From assembly GCF_964204645.1 (NCBI RefSeq), contig NC_134031.1, positions 9,424,001-9,488,000 of the forward strand: a DNA stretch of 64,000 bases. Reading direction: 5' to 3'. This DNA comes from Tubulanus polymorphus (Eukaryota > Animalia > Nemertea). The translations under genes and the position numbers were made by a program. The notes under the pieces are model-generated. The model was not told the DNA's origin. It saw only the letters and a program-made list of their open reading frames with translations, and ran no database searches. Position 1 is the first letter of the stretch. The number at the start of each line of letters is the position of its first letter. Shown in pieces: positions 53,656 through 64,000 of this stretch.

Positions 53656-55125
53656 TATCAGTAGTTCGTTCGTTCTGACCCTGTCAGTCGAGCAAACAAT
53701 TAGTTGTCCGTGGGTGCCGCCCGATCGGTTCACAAAATAAAATAAAATTGAATTTGGTCCGGTCCGTATTATGTTCGCGCCACCATTGGCGCGCTCGCTT
53801 CAAGATCATTGATTGAGAATGCCAAGCACGCAACACATAGTTCCTTGTAAGAAAGGTGAAAAAACGAAAAAGTCAATCTCGTCAACTGTAACACCGTCGA
53901 AACGGCAGAAAACTTCATCATATGCTTCAGAATCAAATAATACAAGAACGCCGGGATTAAAAAACTCATCTACTCCGCGAATGGAGGAAAATCTCCAGAC
54001 CATGTCGCAGTAAGTAACCAACAATTAATAACATTAACAACCGGCCTACTAGTACTACAATACATCGTAAGTTTTCCCTATCCTAATTATCGTAACTTAC
54101 TTGATAAGTTTGATTGAATTCGAAATCCGCTACGATGTAAGCTCGTGACACCTTCACTCTGAACTATCCCCCATGTACTGAAGTAACTCCCATGATTCGG
54201 TTCATGATTGGGCCATGTATTGTGTGAATAAAAAAGCGAGTGCTCGGTCAGAATTATCATCCGAGCACTCGGTCGTAGGCTAATTCAAATTCAATCAATT
54301 TTTATTCATCATAAAATCTTACATGGTTGTGGATGATGATACAAAAGATGATATATGAAATTTGTACCAATAACAATGAAAGAGAAAATTAACATTAATG
54401 CAGGCTCTAAAAATGTACCTTACAATTCTGCGACATGAAACAATATTACATTTCGTATAGGCCTACAACCATAAGCTTTTTTAAATGTTTGGACTACTGT
54501 AGTAAAAAGCTTTTTTTTACTTTTCAGAGATGTTTGTTCATCGTCTTTCCTCAGTATCGAAATAAACCTGGAATACAATTATATGCAGTATTTGCGAAGA
54601 AGTGAGATATTCTGGATCGTTTCGAATAATGCTTGTGTATTGGCGGATTATAAAAGTTCTCAACATTGTGTAGTTAGGAAAGAATTCAGATTCACACATA
54701 TGGATGAGCTCTGCTCGTTACTGACGTGTACCTGTTTTGTTAAAGAGAGTAACAAGCTTCATCTTCAGGCGTTATCAACGAGTCTAAGTGAACCTGTGAA
54801 GTCATTTTATGGAAAGCAATCGGATGCTTATACACTGCAAAGCAGTTACAATATTATTCCCAAGTGCTGTCAATCCGGATGAATTAGAAGATAACAATGA
54901 AACTGAATCTATAAATATTTTATCGTATAATCCTGCACTCGTTGCTGTATGTAACGATTTTGTTGATAGATATCATTAAGTGGAATCCCCGTTTAAGACA
55001 TTGTATGTGTGAATCGTGTAAAAATGATTATAACTGTCGATACATTATATCATTAATCGAATGGTGCAAAAATGAGGATATCATCACTGACATTGATCTT
55101 GTCGCAGAGGATGGTTCTTCGGAAC

Positions 55126-56292
55126 GTGAAATTACATGCGTATATACTGCAATATCCCGTTCTCCAATATCGTATCCACTGAAGGAACATCAGCAGCAAA
55201 TCTTACGTTCAAGAAATCGTGGCATGCCATTTCCGTCGGAGTTTATTCCCAGCTTCACGACAGATAAGTGCCAGCATGGTAATCCTTGGGATACGCAAGA
55301 TCCATTTGCTATGAACTGGTTAGCGAAAGAGACAGTGAAAGTCCATACTGAAAATTGTTCAATGAATGAGACCATGCATGATGGAATTATTAAGCCAATT
55401 AAAGGTAATTCTCCCTGCATTTATTTGTTAATATGTATTTTTTATTCTTTCATGTATTCCAAACAAATCAATTTGACAGTGCTTAGTGTCATTACAGTTT
55501 ATTATCGACCGACTACAGGATCGTGTGACTGTAAGCTTCATTTTGATGGCAGCGAAGAGTTGCTGAGTAATTTAAACAATGCAGATTTTGTAGATTATCG
55601 GTTATTGTTTAGATATTTACATCTGATGGTTGAGGGGCTCAATCCATTGCAACATTTCAAAGGTATGCTATCGAATTGTACATAAAAATGAAATGTAAAA
55701 ACCATGTGAAATTACATGTGTATATACAGCAATATCCCATTCTCCAATATCGTATCCACTGAAAGAACATCATCAGCAAATCTTACGTTAAAGAAATCGT
55801 GGCATGCCATTTCCGTCAGAGTTTATTCCCAGCTTCACGACAGATAAGTGCCAGCATGGTAATCCTTGGGATACACAAGATCCATTTGCCATGAACTGGT
55901 TAGCGAAAGAGACAGTGAAAGTCCACACTGAAAATTGTTCAATGAATGAAACCATGCATGATGGAATAATTAAGCCAATTAAAGGTAATTCTCCCTGTAT
56001 TTATTTGTTCACATGTATTTCTTATTCTTTCATGTATTCCAAACAAATCAATTTGACAGTGCTTAGTGTCATTTCAGTTTATTATCGACCGACTACAGGA
56101 TTGTGTGACTGTAAGCTTCATTTTGATGACAGCGAAGAGTTGCTGATTAATTTAAACAATGCAGATTTTGTAGATTATCGGTTATTGTTTAGATATTTAC
56201 ATCTGATGGTTGAGGGGCTCAATCCATTGTCAACATTTCAAAGGTATGCTATCGAATTGTACATAAAAATGAATTGTAAAAACCAGTGAAAT
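55126..56292 (+). repeat. 580-bp tandem duplication inside the transposase gene
   Basis: Units start 55126 and 55706; GTGAAAT at 55126, 55706 and 56286. Confidence 0.95.
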
Positions 56293-57133
56293 CTTTATGG
56301 AGATTTTCGTGAAACATTTTAAACGAAGAAATATTATCAAATAGATATTTTTGTTATTTTTAGGGCACTGTCTCGAACTTCAGTGAATCTTTTTAGTAAA
56401 CCTGTGATTCCCCTACATGTATTGCAGCGAAGCAGGAATGTATTTATCAGGCTTCTCTCCTTCAACTGGAATGACGAGTTTATGTGTTCGAAATGTCTCT
56501 CCACTCCGCCTATAATAATTTGTGATGGGGTAGATATTGGCTTCAGGAAAGACTTTATTAAATCTGAGTCTTCCACATCATCAGATTCCCCAGAGTCATC
56601 ATCGTGTATTTGTCCCATTGACTAAAGCTAGAAAGCTTCTTCGGCAGTATGCGGGTGGTCAGGTAGCTGGATCAGCTGAGAAGGTACCTAAGGAGCCAGT
56701 TCTGTTAACACAGGCACAAAAAACGGACCTAAATAACTGTCTACACAAGGAACATCTTCATAGCTTATCCACGTTAATTTTGGAAAATAAATCGCTGACT
56801 GCTGAGGAAAATGAGAGACAATTGTTTAGAGCGCTTTCTTGTAATGGGCCTGTTTGTGCCCTTGTTCAGTCAAATAATGTAGAATTGACTTTACAATTAT
56901 CACAGTCCTGCTTGAGGCAGGTTGACTTTTTTCAATCAAGTAATCAGACAAACGTTGCTCAGCTGATGAAAGAAGCACCAATCATAGTTCGTTTCATACT
57001 TGGATGTCGGGATCAAGTTAGCCAAGAATTGACAAATGTTCACAGGACATTCATATATGACATTGTCGCTCGAATTAAATTGTGCTATGAGGTAAGTTGT
57101 ATAATTATTAATGTAAAACTGCTTAACAGTACA

Positions 57134-57890
57134 TTTTTTGACGCCTTATAAAACGTTACCATTATGAAACCTAAACAATGTTAACCATTCAGCATCATTT
57201 TACAAACGACAACCGTAAATCGATGTGCAAAACGTCACAGGTTTATGTGTACACATACAAGCTGTTCGATATTAGGGGTATGCAGGTTTCATGAGATTAG
57301 CAATCTATAATAGCATAGCTGTCATATACGGCTCCGCGTCCACTGATGGCATGTGTACAAGGTGACAATTCAATTCAATACTTTATTGATCCTTATTACA
57401 TTGAAATTCCGGGATGAAATTCCAAAATTCAATAAAGTTACAAATTTTAGAATAAGAAAATACAAACTACAAGACACATGGGTAATTCATACAGAATAAT
57501 ATGAATAAGTTATTTAAATGACGATGTCTACTTCAACCCAGACTCAAGTCTAGGATATCGAGTGACAGCCAAACCGGGACTGGGCCGGCTGGCTACACGA
57601 TATGCTCGAAGTCATGATGAAGCAGACATCAGAAGAGCTCTTTCTTCAACCATATGGAGGCAATGAAGTTGCAGACCAGTTTAGAGCAAAAGTGAATCAA
57701 AGTCGGTCACAATTTTTTTTTAATTAGACCAGTCGAAGACTGTATTATCTACCAAATCGCTAAATCTCAAATAATTCCCCAAATTTCTTAAAACTTCGAT
57801 TTTAAATTTGCAATTCCACATTAGCTTATCCCAGAAATTCTACATTTTTTCGCAGGCGTCAAATAATTTATAAAAGTTAATTTTCTTGTT
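57134..57890 (+). mobile_element. HINE family D, copy 2, in a transposase intron
   Basis: Matches 12990-14077 with an internal deletion; same subterminal repeats. Confidence 0.78.
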
Positions 57891-59511
57891 TGCTATTATG
57901 TGAAATTCTTACTTATTATTCTTACTTATTCAAATTTTTAAAATTATAGGTACAAAATAAATCCAACTTGTACTGTCCTGCAGAAAGCGAAGAGAAGTTT
58001 AGAACACTGAATTTCTTTCCAGTATTACCAAAGCTACATAAGTATGTAATTCTTCATTTCAGTTATAGTATTAAATGAAATGCGCTGTTTTAAATACAGT
58101 TGCTCATAAATATTTCAGAGATGCGTCATACAAAATGGATACTACACACACAGCTAGAATTAAATTGTAGGGAGAGTGAACGAGACATGTGTCAAAAAAA
58201 TTCGAAGTGTCACAGAGTCCTGACTCTATTTATCATATTCAGGTTATGGAAAGTCATGAATCACGGAAGCACCCATTCAGCATCTTCAAGACAAGGTTTT
58301 CGAAACCTCCTAACCTTATCGTGTACGACAATGCTTGTAAACTTCATCAGTACTGTTTAAATAGGTAAGTGTTTTCACTTCAGTTGACAAATTGTCCATA
58401 AGAAACGTATTCATAGATATGAAAAATTGAGTGAATCATCTTTCTTGTTTTGATTATTTTGTAGAGAACCAGAATTCTTCAGAAATACAATGTTCTGTGT
58501 TCACCGCTTACACTGGAAAAATCACACGGGGTAAATATTATGTTATTATGTTACTGCGCCTGATTCGTACAGATATATAGAGTTGATGTCACTTTTCTGT
58601 CATTTATTGTATCCTCATATAAACACACATTTTTGGTCCCCCACAATTCCAGAGTGGAGTCTAAATAAATTAAATACGTCTTTTCATTTTAGGTTGTGAG
58701 TATTAATCCTTTGTGGTTAAAGCAGTATCATTGTAAAGAGTTTATACTGTATTGAAACATTTTTAATATGTTGAATCTACTATAATTACAGGTGATGCGA
58801 TGGATATTCTCTCGACTTGTACAAAGCGAATATGGATGTCACAAATATCAACAGCCAAGTCAACGAACGAGCAAATGCTGGCTTGGTTCGCCTGAAATCA
58901 CAGTTAGCATATATGAAGCCTGAGAACTTTATGCGTCACATTGCTTTGTTCCTTGCGATAAAAGACCGAGATAAAAGAACGAAAGTATAATAAATTTGAT
59001 ATTTGAATCTTTAAATTGAATTTTATTTGAATATAAACATAATGTATTTACACGTACACTAAGTGAATAAATTTTACAATGATTATAATACATTTGTAGT
59101 ACATGTAATATGATTACTAATAATATGGTTGATGATAATAATTTGGTTTAGTGAATACGTTTTTTCTTCTGGTTGTAATCCTGCATTTTTTCAGTCAATT
59201 TCCTCTTCCTTTTGGTCCTCTCCATCTTCTCTTCCAAGACATATGTCTTATTGCCTGTTTCTTCTGACATTTTAGTAGAGCGGAGTGCCGAGACATCTAA
59301 ACCTGAAATTGATATGGTGTGACATTCACAAATAAAGTACATGTATAATTATAACAATAAGGCTTTTTCATTAATTAGATTGTCTGCCCACAAAAACCAA
59401 ATCTTCCAGAGGAAGAGGTAAAAAAACTTCATCATGTTGACGGAAAAGGAATAATGTTATTATTTGGCCCTTTTTCATGCAGTCAATGATGTTGGATGAG
59501 GCTACATGTAA

Positions 59512-61425
59512 GGCCACATAAAAAAATTGTTTCTCAGGCGGGGCAATCACTAAAATGGGTAGGTAGGTAGGTAGGTAGGGATTTTTGGTTTACCTTTGTC
59601 AGCGATATGATGTTGGCATTGAGCCAATTCATGTAAAATCGCGGTACGTTTTTTTATGTGAGCATTTGTTTCATTGGTTCTCGGTTTAAACGACGTATAA
59701 TCGATGCTATTGAAGACATGACGAACCTCCGTAGATGACATGGTCAACTGAGTTAAAAATTCTACGAAACACTGTTTTTGGCGGGAAAATTCTTAGCTCT
59801 CGCGTATAGAATTGCAAAGACCTCGATTGGGGGGGCATTGTCTCTACAAGCGAATGGGATTGGCTGTTTGTTGAGTTATACGGGGAATTCCAGCAGTACT
59901 GAAATAATTATGGGAAAGCCATAGAATGGTGTATGTTTCATTGGACTAGGTGCCGTATACGTGCCGATTTCAAATGCTCATTGTTGGTGAGGATGTAATT
60001 ATTTCACTCATCTGCCATAGGTATTGTTTCATTTTAGTACGCGGTGATTGTTTTGATTGACATTGAGGTGTAAGCGAATATTTACTTACACGAGGCCTCC
60101 ACATGCACGCGGAGTGCTACACCACACACACACACAAGCTTGTACAGTACACTACTAAGGGTGATGCTGTAACGCGTGCACGTTTGACATGAAAATAGGC
60201 TGAATAATCGTAGCAGAAGACGAGCGCTGTGTTTTCTGTTCGATAGAATTTGTAATAAATTGTAATTTCTTGTGACCTGAAAATACTAAGCAGCGAACTA
60301 TAAGGTCTGCCGAGGTCTGAATATTGTAGTGGTAAATTCCAGGATTTAAAACGATCTAATAGCCGATTTCTTCTGTACCGGTATTTTAGCTTCCGTGGCC
60401 AACATTGGAAGAGGTAAATATAAAGACCCAATATTCAGCCACCCTCTGATATGTGACATCATATGAATTTTAGGCCATCCCCAAATAATGGTCTGTTTGC
60501 CGTAACCCGACCAACCCGCCTTCATAGGTACCGAGTGAAAACTTTTTTCTGTGATTCATTGAAAGAAATTTTATTTTTGATAAAAACGGCCGACCGACCC
60601 ACTGCCGACTATCATCTACGTATGTTTGAATTCAAGTGTGCATCGTGTGAAAACAATGCCTTGACATGTGGCCTAGTTCAAGTTTTCCAGGAAACTGGCA
60701 GTGTTCCAATAAGCTTCCATTCATTCTAATAGTGACTATATTAAAGCTGGTAACGTAAAAGCGCGCACTTATTCAATGTACTGTTTCATTTGTAACACAG
60801 AGATGACGCTCTGGACGAAGTTATAATTTTAGAATAATTCATGAAATCTACGCTATTAGACAAATTTCCAGTGCACATGGTAGATGATTTTTGAGATATT
60901 GTTTCCATGTAAAAAAGCCCAAAGGTGAAAAATTTGTTCTTTTTTGCCCAAAAATTTAGCAAAAAAAAAATTCTACCTACCTACCGACTCATCCTGAAAA
61001 GTTGAGTCGGTGTTACGGCAAACAGACAATTATTTTGGGATGGCCTTATTTGAATATTTTTTCATATTGTGAAACATATTTTTTTGGAAATATAAAATAG
61101 TTTCCCTGTCGCGCCTACCTGTACCCTACAAAATTTTGGACGTGGACCGTAAACAAATGTTTATCTTTGGTCTTATTTGACTACAAAATAATTTGTTAAG
61201 AAAGATAAAATACAATATAAACTTGTGGAACTTTGAAGTCACGAATTAAAAAGATTTTTCAAGCAATGCCCTTATTCCAAACAAATTCTAGCTTTCACAG
61301 TAAACCACACTTTGCCCATGGGCAATTTATTTTTTTTTATAGAAAAAAAATTTGAAATGATTATTTGAAACGACTAAATATCGGGTCGGTCGGGCTGAGA
61401 AACAGGGTTTTCTTTTGGTGTGGCC
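59512..61425. mobile_element. PIF/Harbinger-type non-autonomous element
   Basis: GGCCACA...TGTGGCC imperfect TIR with GTTTCTCAG; 3-bp TSD TAA; subterminal (TAGG)n and (TCGG)n. Confidence 0.72.
60473..61045. mobile_element. Nested PIF/Harbinger-type MITE
   Basis: ~33-bp TIR GGCCATCCC...GTCTGTTTGCCGTAAC; TSD TTA. Confidence 0.85.
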
Positions 61426-62001
61426 TAATGAATAAATGAAATCATTGATAAACATGCACATACCAGGGTATCCAGTGATGTTGAATGCAATGACATCTGA
61501 AATTTCTCGATTCTCGATAGCATTCATGATCACTGACTCGGATAAGGCTGGTAGAGATGAACCTAAAGCTGCTAGAATATAAGAAACAAAGCAATCGCAA
61601 AATAATGAACAATTTGATAACGAAATAATGAATGTGAATCTGGATATAAAAAGTGTTGATGCATGAAAACCGACATTTAAGGTATAATGGGCTGGTGTTC
61701 ACAATTTACAAGTGAACAACCCTCTACAATTTGTAACAGGTTAACAATATTTCTGAAGGCTAATCAATTTAGTTCAATTATTACGGCTATTAACTTGGAT
61801 TCATTTTAGACTACCTGATTCAGTAATAAAGGTGGTTGCTGCAGGTTGATTGCCTACTCCTTGTTCAGTACCATGTACAGGGTCTCCTGAAAATAAAATA
61901 ATACTTTACTTACTGCAGTTACCAGTTCATAACAAATAACAAAAGTAACCAACACATTCAGCGTTATAATCTGATCACCTTATTAATTCATAGCCCCTTA
62001 A

Positions 62002-63252
62002 AGGGGTCATGGAGAGGTTTTGAAAAAGATTTTAAATCTAATTTTTTTTGTATAAAACATTCACCGTATGCATCTATGGTAGTCTCGTGAAAAAATTTTT
62101 TTAATATCTTTATCCAAACTCGAGAAAAGCCCGTAGCAACGGCCCTAGCAACAGGACGCACTCGCTTGCACGGTGATGTTGATGACATTCTGAGAACACA
62201 TCGCCTGCAGCACCCTCAGAAGCGTTATTATACAATGCTCATTTTCATTGAATATCGCGCTAATTTTACAGTCTTTCGAAATGCCTTGGCTGTGAATAGC
62301 TATGAACTGTTCCCACAAAGGCAGCGACAAATTTTAGTGGCCAAAACCAAAAGATTTGGCCCTAAGTTGATGGACCAACAAGAGCGAAAACACCCGGCCT
62401 ATGGTGTTAACTAGCTTCACACTTCAGAGAAGGATTCTCGCAAATATTACGGCACACATAAACTTGGATACACAAAACTTATGTTTTTATTATCTTAGAG
62501 CCTTTTATCCTGCCCAGTGATGCTATTTTCGAGAATTAAATACGTAGTAAGAGATACGCGCTTTCCACTGCATATAGTACTGGCTTTCCCCAGTGACCCA
62601 CATCGCTGTAGTATATACAACATACCGACTGTATGTATGCAGCACACATTACTATTACACGGCCGGGATGGCGCAGGCTTGTCTGGGATTCACGAACAAG
62701 TTTACGGTTTCAGGACGCTTTTATGGTCCAGTACTGGATAAAAATATCTCTACCCACAGAAATATCTGCGATGTCTTTATCAGTCATCCCCTCCGCGTGG
62801 ATTTTACAGAGGGAATGACTTAATGACGATGAATGCTCGCTGCTCCAGACGTAGAAATATGCTGTACTTTATAGTCACAAATTCCTTCGTTCTAAGGCAT
62901 CAGGTCTAAATTAAATGGAATAATTTTGACTGTCTATTAATAACTACTGTTGGCTTCGTAAACATCAGACGTTTGATTGGAATCTGATGTATTTTAGTCA
63001 CTATTTTGCACTTTAATCGCTGTTAGTATCACCTGTTTCTATACACTTACACCATGTTGTTTTGGTTTGGGTTCTCAGAAAGACGTCACACTTCCGGGTT
63101 GGGAAGGAATCAGCGCGGCCGATCAAAAGTCTCATTTTAACACTAATTGAAGAATTAGAAATTAATTTCTTGACCACTGAATCAATAAATAGGGTATAAT
63201 TGATGATAAAAAATACTTTTAGCCATATCTCAAAAACCTCTTCATGACCCCT
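62002..63252. mobile_element. Non-autonomous Kolobok-type element, copy 2
   Basis: TTAA each side; TIR AGGGGTCATG(G/A)AGAGG; near-identical to 33961-35200. Confidence 0.85.
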
Positions 63253-64000
63253 TTAATACAATTTAAGATCCATAAATATATTATTATACTCGTAATTTAA
63301 ACATTTATAAGTTATAATACACGCGACTCATCTCTGCTGTGTTACGATACAGCACGCGTGTAAAATATCAGTATGGTAGCATATAATAGCCGTATGTGCC
63401 TATTGATCACAGGATTCCCTGCTGCAATGTGTCTATGTGTAGACTATTTATATCAATTACTTAAGAACACTGCTTGTTCCCACTAATAAACCGGTGTTGA
63501 AAGATAAAACAATACTGACAGAACATAACGCCGTACACAATAAGCCACGGGCCTTAAGAAAATACGGTGAAACCATATGGGTTTTTGTTTGAGAGGATTT
63601 ATCTTTATAACAACAAAGATAAATTCTCTCAAAAAAGAAAAGACGCAAGCCATAAGTTTTTATTATCTCAAACCAGTAGCTCAAATTTCCGGATAATCCA
63701 TAACATTTCATAACAAATAATTGCTCTACTTTTAAAACATTGCTCCCCGTTATCGCAACTCCTCGATCTTAAGTTTTGGCGTTCCTGTAGATAACTACGG
63801 CCACCGCCTCTTCTTTCGATATTTTGGTGTACCGCTTTATCGCTTTTTCGACGGATTTCCATGCTTTGAGGCTGGCAGAATTCATTTTGTTGGTATTTCT
63901 CGTTGTTTTATCTCAATAATGTTTAAGTAGGTAGTAATGTTCTGGTAGTAGGCTATTTATATACATGTATAAGGGCGCAGGGACAATACGTACGGCAGGC

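Larger units (their letters stand above)
53819..58990 (+). pseudogene. Multi-exon KDZ-class (Zisupton/HMGXB3-like) transposase, disrupted
   Basis: Phase-consistent GT-AG exons: 53819-54009, 54528-55404, 55498-55662 (duplicate 56078-56243), 56364-57091, 57950-58041, 58119-58364, 58465-58530, 58792-58990. Motifs: Cys clusters, FMCSKC...IICDG, YDNACKLHQYCLNREP, HWKNH, INSQVNE, LAYMKPENF. Several frameshifts, deletions and an in-frame TGA. Confidence 0.82.
59148..63885 (-). pseudogene. Convergent multi-exon gene of unknown function, probably the second gene of the KDZ element
   Basis: Open phase-1 exons 61886-61815, 61562-61464, 59501-59388 (GC or decayed donor), 59302-59148 (stop); putative first exon from caaaATG at 63885 with in-frame TAA at 63771-63769; link between first exon and the rest not resolved. 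Confidence 0.6.

Noticed and set aside
58693-58695. 3-nt micro-exon (tttag|GTT|gtgagt) in the last transposase intron
   Set aside because: Inclusion does not remove the downstream TGA, and the flanking exons already join in phase.
58793-58795. Selenocysteine codon (TGA at an expected Cys position)
   Set aside because: The gene has multiple other frameshifts and deletions, and I saw no SECIS-like element in the short AT-rich 3' region; a nonsense mutation is simpler.

Overview
AT-rich metazoan genomic DNA; the repeat families suggest an invertebrate, most likely a mollusc (inference). The whole window lies inside one + strand host gene, Mediator subunit 24 (MED24). I traced 15 consecutive internal coding exons (4405-49206) with GT-AG sites and consistent phases; the first and last exons fall outside the window. 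The introns are inflated by nested transposons: Helentron-associated non-autonomous elements (HINE/DINE-like, several families, some with ~154-bp tandem arrays); Kolobok, piggyBac, Harbinger, Tc1/mariner-type and 6-bp-TSD MITEs; tRNA-derived SINEs; a solo LTR; decayed LINE, DIRS and Academ fragments; and a palindrome with a hammerhead-ribozyme-like core. The most notable feature sits in the last, unclosed intron (53443 to window end). It is a large decayed element with a phased array of palindromic 12-mers, an 8-exon KDZ (Kyakuja-Dileera-Zisupton/HMGXB3-like) transposase gene, and a convergent multi-exon gene of unknown function. All family assignments come from recalled motifs and terminal structures; no database search was run.
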